A stretch of 64,000 bases of DNA, from positions 124,001 through 188,000 of the forward strand of contig QPGO01000050.1 in NCBI GenBank assembly GCA_008632985.1. Reading direction: 5' to 3'. This document shows, one piece after another, positions 44,839-55,868 of the stretch. Below the pieces are notes generated by a model that saw only the letters and a program-made list of their open reading frames with translations, ran no database searches and had not been told where the DNA came from. Source of the stretch: Psammoneis japonica. Taxonomy: Eukaryota. The position numbers and the translations under genes are program-made. Numbering within the stretch: the first letter of the stretch is position 1; each line of letters begins with the position of its first letter.

Positions 44839-45463
44839 CCGAACAGTATCTTTTTTCTGTTGCCTTAGATCTCTCTCTCTATAAGTGTGTAATGAATTTT
44901 GCATCAACAACGATGATTCATGATTGAAGCATACACTTCTTTGAGACCTCTGATTAGTTTTTTGTATCGTCGGTTATGTCGGTTGTCGGAGGCGTTTCGT
45001 CGGCCTGGTGTGCATCATGGTGCGATGCGATTTCACCGGGACGCGGCAAGACCAATAATTATTTGATATTCATCTCTATATACATAATTTATTGATTTTT
45101 AATATCATTCCCTTATTCTTCAAGAGTGAATATCGGGCAACTTCACAGTTGAAGGGGGCAATAATGTAGCCTTTACAAGAGTTACAGTACTGTACACAAT
45201 TTTGATGCTAAAATTTTTTGGCAATTGATGACGTGGCTCTCCGGTACACTTTCAACGAGAGAAGCACGCGAACGTGTTCTTGCTTCATTCACAGGCAGGA
45301 AGCACAAAAACGCGTTCTCTCATGTTGCTTTTCACTCTTCTCGTTGGCGAACGAGATTCGCGTTTCATTACTATTGTTTCCTGTTTACCTGCATCTGCAA
45401 CCCATTTGTTCGTGCCTAAGCGCGTCCAAAGAAATTCCTATTTATTAGCAACACACATAATCA

Positions 45464-47956
45464 ATGAACTCGGGCCACGTTTACGGCACGAACGCACCTT
45501 CGTCGCGAAAGAATCGGCGAGGTGCGTCGACTGTCTCGCCGAATTTTTATGATGAGTTCAGTCCCATCGGTTCAGTTACTTCTCCGGAAGAACAAGCACG
45601 TAATCGAGAACGTCAGGGATACTGTACTACGTGTAAACAACATCCAATCAAGCTGTTTGATATCAAAAAGAACAAGTTAAATCCTCTCCGTCGCATCAAG
45701 GCGCCTCTAACTGTCGCTGGTCAAAGTTTCGAAGGAAAATGCCTCGCTTGCCACCCTCACTTGGACCCAGATCGCAGCCATAGAAAAATACACAGATCGT
45801 CAAGAAAGGGTGGACTTGGCAGTAGTTCTAGTCGCAGTGGGATTAGAACTGTTGGGAAAAGCAGTCCATCACTCAGCCCGACCGGAAGTGGACGCAGCCT
45901 TTCTTCAGGTTATTCTCAGGAAAGTATCACGAACTCAATTCCTCGTGGTAGCTCTTCCTCTAGTTTAAACTTCAGCAGCAGTAGCGCTAGGCCGTTGCAT
46001 GATCAAGTCTCTCATCAGAGCCGGAGACATGGACATCACACACCTACTTCGCCTCTAACCCCAAGACAAACTAGGAACCCGGTGCCTAGTCCCATCTCTT
46101 CGGACTATCGCTCCACTCCTCGGGAGCGTTCATCGCCTTCAAGATATGTGGGCATTCGTAATTTGTCGGATGACGCTATTGTCCAGGGGGGTCTCGGTAT
46201 ACCTGGAGCGCAAGATGCTCTCAACGATTCCTCTGATGTTCTGCACTTCTCGGGATCGTCACTTGGCACCTCTTCCTCGTCTCTTCAACACACCCCGTCA
46301 AGAAGCTCTCTTATGGCTCAGGGGCAGTCGATGAGCTCGTGCCAGCTTGATACGCGTCGACAAGATGACAGTAATTTGGATGATGGACACAAATCGTGTC
46401 CCGATATCAGTCTTCAACGAGGACCACGTCGTCCTGTGTTCTCTCAAACCGTTTCCGCGAGGACTGGGGATCTTGGGCTAGAATCATCTTCCTCCTCTTT
46501 TGCCGCGGGACCTCATCCATCCCTTCATGGCAGGGACGCATCGATTCCGTCCCTAGCAGCAGATGTTAGTACAAGTATGAGCGAAGAAGAAAGTGAGGTT
46601 GCTGGACTCAAGCTCCTCATCAAGGAGGCGAGTGGAAATGCAGAATTCACTGCTGACATACTAGCTAATGCTGTTCGAGACAAGTCTGTTTCGGATCCCA
46701 TGAAGATCTTCTTTCTGGAGACCGTCTGTTCTACTTGCAAACACAACGAAGAAAACAAATCATACTTCATAAGTATGGGTATTCACGAGGACGTGTTGAA
46801 TACCATGCTATCTAATTTGGATCATGCTCGTGTACAAGAACTTGCATGTGGTGCGATTTGGACCATGTCGGTCAGCGAGCGCAACCGTCGCTTTCTTGGA
46901 AAGGCGGGTGCTGCTGGATGCGTATTTCGAGCGTTGGAGAGGCACGAAAGTGACCAGAAAGTGTCAAAGACAGCGATCAGCGCACTTCGCACTGTGTCTC
47001 CCGATGCGGGTATTCAGCAAGAGTTGGCACAGTACGAATGCGCAGCATTAGTAGCACGAAACATGGGATTGCACACTTCCGTTCTGGACATTCAACGTGA
47101 CGGATGCGCCTTTTTGTCCAACATGGCGGTCAACATGGAAGCGAAAAGTGTATCCGTTGTTTCCTATGAGGAGATGAAGGCAGTGGTGAGAGCCATTGGA
47201 TACCATACAAAAAGCGACAAGGTCGTGTCTAGTGCTTGCTTCGCTCTGAAGAACTACACCTATGCGGAGCAGAACCTACGGACCATGCGGAGATTTCATG
47301 AATTGAAAGAGCTGTTGCGGGACGTATCACGGTATGGCAACTCGAGTTCGAGCAGAGAAGACGCCCTTGACATACTTGAAGCCATCGAGATGTCAGAACA
47401 GACAGATGCGTCGCTCGAAACCATTGTCGCTAGTTCATTTCACGATATTGCAGCTGGTCCGGACGCTGTATCCAACTTAATTGGTATCATCAGTGACTAC
47501 GGTTGGTCTCCAAAACTCGTGTGCGATGGTTTAGACTCATTGTCGGAGCTGGCTGAACGATCGGACAGTCACCGTCGCAAGATTGTGGAGTCAAACTTCA
47601 TAGAGAAGATAATTGACTGCATGAATCATCATGAAGCAGATGCTGGTATTCAACACCGCTGCTGCAATCTATTTCGCGAGACCGCCTCAAACTCTCAGGG
47701 TCGCTCAGCGGTTTGTAGAACTGAAGCTTGCGCGTCCATGCTTCGTGCCATGCAGAACCACTCAAAGGATGAGCCAGTACAGGTCGCAGCAGTAACAACG
47801 CTAATGGTTATTGCATCTGAAGTGCAGTTTGCGTCGGAAAAGCAGCATAAGGACGTGATGGCGGCAATGCAAGATGCACTTCAGCGTTTCCCACACAATG
47901 AGGAGCTCCAACGAGCGGGAGCAAAAGTCGTTGCCTCGCTTTCCACTCGCATATGA
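45464..47956 (+). CDS. Armadillo-repeat protein with Ser-rich disordered N-terminal half
   Basis: 830 aa intact ORF. Repeats such as VQELACGAIWTMS, IQRDGCAFLSNMA, VVSSACFALKN, VQVAAVTTL. Confidence 0.8.
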   Translation: MNSGHVYGTNAPSSRKNRRGASTVSPNFYDEFSPIGSVTSPEEQARNRERQGYCTTCKQHPIKLFDIKKNKLNPLRRIKAPLTVAGQSFEGKCLACHPHLDPDRSHRKIHRSSRKGGLGSSSSRSGIRTVGKSSPSLSPTGSGRSLSSGYSQESITNSIPRGSSSSSLNFSSSSARPLHDQVSHQSRRHGHHTPTSPLTPRQTRNPVPSPISSDYRSTPRERSSPSRYVGIRNLSDDAIVQGGLGIPGAQDALNDSSDVLHFSGSSLGTSSSSLQHTPSRSSLMAQGQSMSSCQLDTRRQDDSNLDDGHKSCPDISLQRGPRRPVFSQTVSARTGDLGLESSSSSFAAGPHPSLHGRDASIPSLAADVSTSMSEEESEVAGLKLLIKEASGNAEFTADILANAVRDKSVSDPMKIFFLETVCSTCKHNEENKSYFISMGIHEDVLNTMLSNLDHARVQELACGAIWTMSVSERNRRFLGKAGAAGCVFRALERHESDQKVSKTAISALRTVSPDAGIQQELAQYECAALVARNMGLHTSVLDIQRDGCAFLSNMAVNMEAKSVSVVSYEEMKAVVRAIGYHTKSDKVVSSACFALKNYTYAEQNLRTMRRFHELKELLRDVSRYGNSSSSREDALDILEAIEMSEQTDASLETIVASSFHDIAAGPDAVSNLIGIISDYGWSPKLVCDGLDSLSELAERSDSHRRKIVESNFIEKIIDCMNHHEADAGIQHRCCNLFRETASNSQGRSAVCRTEACASMLRAMQNHSKDEPVQVAAVTTLMVIASEVQFASEKQHKDVMAAMQDALQRFPHNEELQRAGAKVVASLSTRI

Positions 47957-48022
47957 AAGACAAACAAAGAAGTTTCATAAATCTAGACCTTTACTTGTAT
48001 GCTGTAGTCGGTTGCATCTTGT

Positions 48023-49560
48023 TTAGTGCTCCAATATGCTTTGCAGAACAACCCTTAGCTTTTGCCCCACAACAGTTCCCCTCTTCTGACCACGCGCCCA
48101 CTTTCGAACTAGCCGACACAACTCTGCCATATCATCAAAACCATTAGCGAATCCAAGCCAACCAGCAAGTTGAAATCTGACAGCACATTTAGAAGCGTAC
48201 AACTGTCGTCAGACTTTTGCAAGGCAGCAAGGACACGTTTCTTGGACTTGGCTGTTAAACTCCCGTTCTTCTTCACGGCGTTCACAGACGCCGTTCCAGC
48301 AAAAGACCCTTCGTGCCCCAACATGGCAGTGTTGACCAAACATAAAACAGAATCCAGTTGTGTGCTTTCCTTACCGTCGACAAGCACGGCATACCTTGTC
48401 TCAACGAAACGACCCATATCCTCGCCGAGGATTCCCTCCGCTACCATTTGGACACTGACATCACTTAGCTGAAACGCCTCCGTGGCACCAGTCTTGGCAT
48501 CCATCGCAAACGTTACACACTTGGAACCATCGCTGATATTATCTGGATTGAAAGTTTGCATGTTGCGAATCTGCAGTGTGGCACCTGTGACAACATCAGG
48601 GCCCCAGACCGGAAGAGCGTCCTCGTCCTTGTGACGATCGTCTGAATACGAGAAAATCCAGCCCACCGGTCGCAAACCCAACATGGATGCAATTTCTAGA
48701 ACCCGCTTTACTTTCGGGCTGTCGTTCCACAATTTCAATTCCGATGCGTCATATGGTCCTCCTTTTTTGGAGCTCGATGCCGTTTGCGGTGGTTCCCAAA
48801 GAGCGTGAACTTTTGCAACGTCGCAGTAGTCCTGATCCGAAGGTGCGGAGGACAGTGACGTTCTCGTCTTTTTCGGCTTGGTATCGACACGTTCTCGTGC
48901 AATGCTTCCAAGAAGAAGGGCAACGCGATTCTGCAGCAATGTTTCCTTTGACTTTTTCGTTCTAATATGGCAGTTCGCTTGGAATCGTTCTGCGGATATT
49001 CTGCACATGTAAGCGCGTTTCAAGGGGCCGTCCGCTTGCGGCTCGACTACATGGAGAGAGGATTGCAAGTCTGCCAAACTCCCATATGACATGCCTCCTT
49101 GACTTCCACGGCGTGTCTTGGTTCGACGAAGTGCCCTTTCATAATCCTTTGCCAAATCAGGAAACGGATCGAATCTTTCGCCAGATGAGCTCACCGTCTC
49201 CAGCGGTTTCGCTCTTTCTCGTTCTGAAGGCGTTTCTCTTGTTGTTTTTGGCGCAACAATAGTAATCAATGATCCGTGCTTTAATCCCAAAGCGGAGATA
49301 GTTTGTGAACCGTTCTTCACAATTGATGTCCCGATACGATAAGATACAGGCGGAGAATTGTCTTTCGGTCGCAGTTGCAATGGTGAAAGGGCTTGATCAA
49401 GCGTCGTGGTATCTTCAGCTCCAGCAGGAACCTGAAGACGTTCAATTGAGCCATCACTCGTGCGGACCCTGATAATCATGCCTTGGCTACCTGATGATGC
49501 GGTAGCAGCATGAAGTAAGAAAACGAAGATCAGTAGCGACCAAAGAAATCCTTTCCGCAT
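48023..49560 (-). CDS. NPL4-like protein with signal peptide
   Basis: MRKGFLWSLLIFVFLLHAATA, then MIIRVRTSDG ubiquitin-like domain, VHALWEPPQ, LGLRPVGWIFS, EAFQLSDVSVQM. A 1-nt loss near 48142 hides a C-terminus ending LQSILEH*. Confidence 0.78.
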
Positions 49561-49932
49561 ACTGAGTTCTCTCCGGCAGCTTGAAATTGTAACGCCACTC
49601 TTGGCATATAATGAAAACACACGCATGACCTTCGTAACGTTCAGTAGCGGTTGTTAAGTCGTTTTAGACAAAACTTGAAACAGAATCAAGTGATGTGATG
49701 CGATGACATCCAGCAACACACGAAAACCTGCGCCGCTAATGAAAAAGTGAGGTTCCACGTGTTGTCTACGAAAACTGAAAACTCCCTCCGACCTCTTTTC
49801 CGTGACTCAATCCGCGACCCATTGCGCGCCACCCACTCACGAGGCAGGTTGCGGCCGTGTCGAATGTTGAATGTTGGCTCAAGGCTCAAGTCTCTCCGGA
49901 ATAAGACTACCCTATCAGGGTAATACCCCAAG

Positions 49933-51525
49933 ATGGAAAAGGAGCCTGTGTTGGTAGTGCCACCGAAGTTGACAAAATCCGCTTATGCTATTCTCAGACG
50001 TGTTGGAGGAGTTGCGGAGAGATGGCACCTTCAGGGGCAGCACGGATCTCGCACCCACCGAATACCTGGAAACGATAAGATTGGGTTTCCCGTCTTGCCC
50101 GGAGTTGCGCAGCAAATTATTTCATTTCAGGAAGAAGGGAATCAGAGTAGTGAATTGAACTGGAACCAGGAACTAGTTGATCTCCTGCAAACTGACGGTG
50201 TAGAGATTGTGTACAAAGTTGTCCCGACACCAAAATCTATTCCAAGAGACGAATCTGTTGATGCCACTGTACATCCCGAAAGAGCGCGACATGGAATTCA
50301 GACGAGTATTTTTGTGAATGGAGGACTGGAACTGCATACTAATATGGAGAAATGTCAAGTCCATGCTTCAGATTTCACTTTTGCCGAACTCTTCAGTGGC
50401 ATCGGTGGCTTTGGAGTAGCTCTTGAGGCTTTAGGCGGCCAATGTATATTCGCTTCCGAAATAAACAAATCATGCCAGCGAGTCTTTGCTTCCAATGTAC
50501 GTGTACCTTCAGACGGGATTCATGGCGACATTTACGCTGTTTCTGATAAATCCTTGCCGAAAGAAGGTGTGCTGGACTTGCTCGTTGCTGGCTTCCCGTG
50601 TCAACCGTTTTCAACTCTTGGCAGTCAACCCGGATTCTTGGATGGTTCTCGGGGTTTGCTCTACACCCAGATTGTCAGAGTCCTCTCTGTTTGCAAACCC
50701 AAAGCATTCTTGTTAGAAAACGTCCCCGGTCTCTTGAGCATTGACTCGGCCTTATCTACGATTGTGTCGTCCCTTGAGAACGTTGGTTACAAAGTCGCCG
50801 TCGAGGTTTGTTCTTCGAGAGGACTTACCGCTCAGTCACGAAAAAGGCTCTACTTTGTAGGCCTTAGACAGCCAGACAAAATCACAAGGAGCGACAATGC
50901 GGGTGACCCTGTTTTCGAATTCCCATTCATTCCGGACATTGGCATTCGTTGTGCTGATATTCTCGATTATCAGCTTGATCCTCACTGCGAAGATGATCCG
51001 TTCGCTGGCCTCTATCATCTTAGCAATGATCAGATGCAACAGCTTCTCTTGTGTCGGTATGAAAAACGACGGTGGAAACCAGCGAAACTTGCATGGCCAG
51101 ACAAAGTTTGTGACACAATAGATGGGCACTATGGAGTCTGCGTTGGCAATGGCAACTCGCAATTGGTACCATGCCAAGCCCCACTTCATCCAAGGAGATT
51201 CACTTTACGAGAATGTGCAAGAATAATGGGTTTTGGAGAAACCTACAAAATTTCGTCTTGCCCTCGAAATGGCCAGGGAGAAAGATCTTTTTTAAAGGAA
51301 CATTTTCAAATGTTTGGCAACGCCGTTTGTCCACCAGTTATTGCCGTTATTGCTGGCGCAATTCTTGAGCACTGCCCCAGCATTAGCGGATACAACAACC
51401 ATGAAGATTGGGTGGAGTGGGGTCTCCAAATAGCCCTGAAACTTTCTCTGAACTCTGTGTTGCCTCATAGAAAGGAGAGAGTCAAAGCAAACATCGTTTC
51501 TGCGATGAATAAATCGAAAGATTGA
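49933..51525 (+). CDS. C5-cytosine DNA methyltransferase, bacterial Dcm/HhaI-like layout, intronless
   Basis: Motif I FAELFSGIGGF, IV AGFPCQPFS, VI LLENV, VIII QSRKRLY, IX RRFTLRECARIMGF, X FGNAV. Confidence 0.92.
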   Translation: MEKEPVLVVPPKLTKSAYAILRRVGGVAERWHLQGQHGSRTHRIPGNDKIGFPVLPGVAQQIISFQEEGNQSSELNWNQELVDLLQTDGVEIVYKVVPTPKSIPRDESVDATVHPERARHGIQTSIFVNGGLELHTNMEKCQVHASDFTFAELFSGIGGFGVALEALGGQCIFASEINKSCQRVFASNVRVPSDGIHGDIYAVSDKSLPKEGVLDLLVAGFPCQPFSTLGSQPGFLDGSRGLLYTQIVRVLSVCKPKAFLLENVPGLLSIDSALSTIVSSLENVGYKVAVEVCSSRGLTAQSRKRLYFVGLRQPDKITRSDNAGDPVFEFPFIPDIGIRCADILDYQLDPHCEDDPFAGLYHLSNDQMQQLLLCRYEKRRWKPAKLAWPDKVCDTIDGHYGVCVGNGNSQLVPCQAPLHPRRFTLRECARIMGFGETYKISSCPRNGQGERSFLKEHFQMFGNAVCPPVIAVIAGAILEHCPSISGYNNHEDWVEWGLQIALKLSLNSVLPHRKERVKANIVSAMNKSKD

Positions 51526-51980
51526 CATGGGTAATGCTCCATTAGGGAAATGTTTGGTTGGGGATTGGGGGCTGTAGTCCTTGGGAAGTTTCTTCAGTTC
51601 ATGACGTTCATGACGGAGATCTGCGTGTGCGGTGCGGTGCGGTGACAGGTGCTCTTTGGAGAACGGTTGGCAAGGCAAGGTCTTCAGCAGCTACCGAAGA
51701 CATTCTTTCAGAAGGACGGGTATGTAAATATAGAGGAGGACCACAACATTGCTGCTTGAGTAATTATGATGATACATGTACTGTGCTGTAGAATACAGTT
51801 GGAAAGTGGCGCGCATCCAGGTTGAAAATCGAAAATCATCGTGGAAGTCGCGTTGGGCCAACTGGCGCCACCTGCTGCGCCCGCCGCCGCCGCACGAGAA
51901 GGAAGCGAAGCGACGATGAGCGCGATGAGATGCCGTATGTAGAAGATCCCAGATCCCACTGCAGCCGCGAGTTTTCGACC

Positions 51981-53714
51981 ATGACAAAGGCGGTGGTGCG
52001 CCGCCTTTACCTTACTGCAGCGACCTTGGTTGCCGCCCTCTTCTTGGACTATTCCTCCCGTTACTTGGCAGCTGCTGAGATTCTCGATCCTCGATACAGC
52101 AGACGCCGAATACCATTTGTGGGTACTCCCCTCGCACCCGCCGCAGGAAGTGTGTGGTTTGGCCATCGTCAACTGCAGAGGAATGAAACAACCGACTCTT
52201 GCTCCTTATGCAGGGGATATGCGTTACGGGAGGATGTAGCACCTCCCTATGAACCGAGTGAGGAAATTCCAGAAGGTCTTACGTGTCGAGATTGGGCAGA
52301 AATTACTGCAACATTCCCGCTGGAGTTCTTTCAGTTTTCCACTTGCCAAATAATAATTGGCGCATTCGCCCCAGCGTGCTGCGAGACTCCTCCATCCTAT
52401 GTATGTGAACAGAACGTGCGTTCTCAGATATTTGCAAACTATGATGCCGCCGTAGCACCGCTTGTCGAAGGAAAGTTGCAGGTGGGAACTCAACTTGATT
52501 TCTACCACATTACCGAGCTTGATTTGAAGTCAGCGACCGCTCAGATATTCACTTGGTTGCATCTGAACTGGACTGACCCGCGACTTGCTTGGGATAGTAG
52601 CAACAGTACAAGTTCAGCTGTTGGGACCGACACATGTGCGGCCAGCATCACTGTTCGTGCCTCGCTTGACGCTGAAATCACAGACATTTGGGTGCCTGAC
52701 TACGATCTTTACAACCAAGCAAGCGGCGTCCAAGACATGCCTGAAGCTATGGCTACCGTTTATCCAGATGGTTCTGTGACATGGGTAAGGAATGGTGGCA
52801 TCCGTGCCCTATGTTTTTTCTCTGGACTTCGAGCCTTTCCGTACGACACGTTGGGGTGCACCTTTCTGTTTGGAGGGTGGACGCGACAAGGGAATATCGA
52901 ATTCATTCTAGGTGGCGAGGACGGTGACGGGTTGTTCGTGGGGGATAATGTGGAGGATATAAAGTATACGGAGTACAAGCTCATCCCAGAAAAAACCGAG
53001 ACAGGTTACCAAGATTCCGACGCGGTGTACTACAACTTCTTCTTTGAAAGATCACAGCGTTATTACGTGACGAAGATTGTGATTCCTACAATTATTTTCA
53101 CCATTCTCTCCTTTGGTGTTTTCTTGTTGGATCCACGGGTGGGAGAGCGCTTGACGTACGGCTTAACAGTCTTGCTCGTCATTATTGCTCAGGACATTGT
53201 GACTTCGGAGAGATTGCCAGTTGCGGACGAGCGACTCTGGATCAATGTATTTTCCAATGCCTCCTTTTATTGGGTGTTGGTTTCTTTGCTCGAATCCATT
53301 TTTATCATGTGGCTCTATTTCTTGAGTGACAGCAAAATAGAAGGGGGGCCCAGGAATAGCGAGGAGATCTCCAACAGTAGTGACGGGAACGACACAGAAG
53401 AGAATCATCACGATGCAGACAATGACGAGGGAACCGTATCTGTGCCAGCTGTATCGACAACAACCGGCCAAGATCAAGAGTCGCTACAGCGCTCACGTTC
53501 GAATCATCGTATTCTCCCGTCTAAGCAAGGAGCAGCAAAGACGTTGAAGCGGGCGCTCATGTCAGCGGGAATATCCGGTACCCCACGCCATCAGTTCATC
53601 AAGAAGGTTGATCGTGTTTGCTTCATTATTGTCCCATCGTCCTACATCATTTTCGTTATTGTAATGCTGGCTACCAAGCCCCAGCAGTGGTCGGAGGAGC
53701 ACGAGGGAATTTAG
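51981..53714 (+). CDS. Pentameric ligand-gated ion channel (Cys-loop family)
   Basis: WTDPRLAW, IWVPDYDLYN, CFFSGLRAFPYDTLGC loop, three clustered TM helices (GERLTYGLTVLL), long loop and TM4. Extra Cys-rich N-terminal module. Confidence 0.88.
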   Translation: MTKAVVRRLYLTAATLVAALFLDYSSRYLAAAEILDPRYSRRRIPFVGTPLAPAAGSVWFGHRQLQRNETTDSCSLCRGYALREDVAPPYEPSEEIPEGLTCRDWAEITATFPLEFFQFSTCQIIIGAFAPACCETPPSYVCEQNVRSQIFANYDAAVAPLVEGKLQVGTQLDFYHITELDLKSATAQIFTWLHLNWTDPRLAWDSSNSTSSAVGTDTCAASITVRASLDAEITDIWVPDYDLYNQASGVQDMPEAMATVYPDGSVTWVRNGGIRALCFFSGLRAFPYDTLGCTFLFGGWTRQGNIEFILGGEDGDGLFVGDNVEDIKYTEYKLIPEKTETGYQDSDAVYYNFFFERSQRYYVTKIVIPTIIFTILSFGVFLLDPRVGERLTYGLTVLLVIIAQDIVTSERLPVADERLWINVFSNASFYWVLVSLLESIFIMWLYFLSDSKIEGGPRNSEEISNSSDGNDTEENHHDADNDEGTVSVPAVSTTTGQDQESLQRSRSNHRILPSKQGAAKTLKRALMSAGISGTPRHQFIKKVDRVCFIIVPSSYIIFVIVMLATKPQQWSEEHEGI

Positions 53715-54654
53715 CCTCGCAGAGGAATCTTGGACTAAGCAGTACGCGCATCTGGTCAACAGGCAACTATCCTTGCAAGAGAATAGGAACATTGGGCGTT
53801 TTGGGTGCGTCGGGCATTTGAAAGGCGTGTCCTGTAAGCAACCTTGTAGATCGTTACAAATGCGTTTGACCCAAGGTCGCCACAGAGTGCTACAAGGTCG
53901 TGATCTTGCGCCAGAAACGAACCATTACATTGGATCAGATTTGTATGTCGAAGCATTTTGTAGCATGAACGAATATGTTGTTGTTGGATTCTCCCTTCTC
54001 CATGTGACGAGCGATTTGTCGAGCAGCGGGAGCACCGTGTATTTTGGCCCACAGCAGATTTTGGCACGGAGGATGAGTAGGCGATTCCAAGACCCGACAA
54101 CTCTCCTGAAATGGGACATCTTAGCGGAGATGCTTAATAATGGCATGTCAAGCCCAGATGTCAGTGGCGCATCGCCGCTCACGCTCGAGCCTCTTGCGAA
54201 AAAAGTGGGACTTCCAGTACCTGACGAATCGAGTGATTTGAGAATGCGGCAATTGTTGTGACTGGAACTGGATCGAGAAAGCATGGTTGCGTAAAATCAG
54301 CAGAGCGTATTTTTGAAGTTTCTTCCCACTACTTTTGCTAACTGCAGGTAAACGATTGACATTTGTGATAGACGTAAATCTAAGTGGATGCTCCAAGATA
54401 TATGGCATCCTCGCTGCTCCACTTCCAACCAGTCTCCTCTGTATAACTAACCAAAGGGTTGAGCATGGCCGATGCTCGCTGCTTTCCTGCTTCTGCGATA
54501 CCAAGTATGGGCGGTATTAGTGTATAAGGAAAAAGTGTTACGATTCTCTCAAGCTAGTTGAGGAAAAAGTGACCCACAAGTTAGTTGAGAGGGTTTTTAA
54601 CATAGAGATGAAGGCACCACTTTTTTTAGCTTTTTCCTGTGTACCTACAGCAGT

Positions 54655-54830
54655 CTCTCTAGTGTGCTGAGGAGCAATCTAGCTAGTAGCTAGAGAGTTG
54701 GGCTCATACTCTCTAGAGAAGAGCTACTAGAGTACCTACTACTTTAGTAGCTTCTCTCTACTACTAGAGTAGCTACTCTCTCTCTCTACTCTAGAGAGTA
54801 GAGTTAAGACTCTAGAGTAGCTCTCTCGAG
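54655..54830. other. CTAG/TAG-rich intergenic island
   Basis: TCTAGCTAGTAGCTAGAGAG...CTACTACTAGAGTAGCTACTCTCTCTCTCTACTCTAGAGAGTAGAG. Confidence 0.7.
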
Positions 54831-55169
54831 TTGCGCCGAGCGAGAGGATGAGGGATGAAACTAACTGTACTGTACGGTACGTGTCGAGAGCATGACTCTG
54901 ACTTGTTCGACTACGTGTGATTTATTTAACGCCGGCGGTCATTGCAAGCCCAACGCACCCAACGGTCATCACAGCCGGTTTTCCTACGCTTTCGGCCAGC
55001 GTTCAGCGTTCAAGTCGCCGCAAACATCAATGCCTCCGTCGACACGCTAAAGTACGATAGGGCCCCAGTAAACTGCAACCCCTTGACCTCTTCTCTCTAA
55101 CCTTGCTGAAGCGATATACCGGTAACGTTTTTCCTCTTGTCTCCTGACAGCGCATTTCATTCATCTACC

Positions 55170-55868
55170 ATGTTCTTCTCTTCGTCCGGGTTAACAAGCC
55201 GCAAGAAATCGCCGACTGAGCAGTCGGAAGAATCATCATCAACGGATCTCATGCAGAAGTCCGCAACGCATTTAGGGACGGGTGAATCCAACGATATCGA
55301 GAGGGAGAAGGAAAAAGCTCCCTGGTATGACAGTTGGAAAGCAACGATTGCGACGTGGGTGTTTTTGTTCTTTTTGATGTACTGCGTTCACGCCCCAGCT
55401 CGTATGAAGAAGGCGCATCGAAAAGCTGTGGACGATCAACTCGCACACATCGCGGATGGCCTTTCGGTGCAAAAAAATGCACTCGCTTCAAAGATTGATG
55501 ACGTGGCTAAGAGCTTGGAGCTCGACAAGATTGACCTGGGCGTTGTCTCCAAAAGCCACCATGAAGGCGAGTTAACGAAGCTAAATGTCACCCTTACACA
55601 GCAAGTCGAGACGCTCAAGAAAGAGAAAGAGGCCGCGGTGGCGCAAAAAGAAGCGGAACTCAAAGATCTTAAAGCCAGGATGGCGACAATGTCTGTCAAC
55701 CTCAGCTCATTTTGCCCGTCGTGCCCATTCCATAGTGGTGGATTACGGACATCGTGCGGTGCTCGTATGGAGTACTTGATTAGTCACTACGGCAGTAAAA
55801 TGGAGGACGCCAAAGCAGCAGTGATGCAGGTGGATCCTAATTGCGCAAAGGCGCCAGGGCGTGTTTAG
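55170..55868 (+). CDS. Hypothetical single-pass membrane protein with coiled coil and Cys-rich C-terminal domain
   Basis: TM ATIATWVFLFFLMYCV, coiled coil, CPSC...SCGARMEYL..YG...AVM..DPNC. Confidence 0.7.
   Translation: MFFSSSGLTSRKKSPTEQSEESSSTDLMQKSATHLGTGESNDIEREKEKAPWYDSWKATIATWVFLFFLMYCVHAPARMKKAHRKAVDDQLAHIADGLSVQKNALASKIDDVAKSLELDKIDLGVVSKSHHEGELTKLNVTLTQQVETLKKEKEAAVAQKEAELKDLKARMATMSVNLSSFCPSCPFHSGGLRTSCGARMEYLISHYGSKMEDAKAAVMQVDPNCAKAPGRV

Noticed and set aside
53720..54520. Possible gene or pseudogene between the channel and the 55.2 kb gene
   Set aside because: Only short ORFs on both strands and no recognisable motif.
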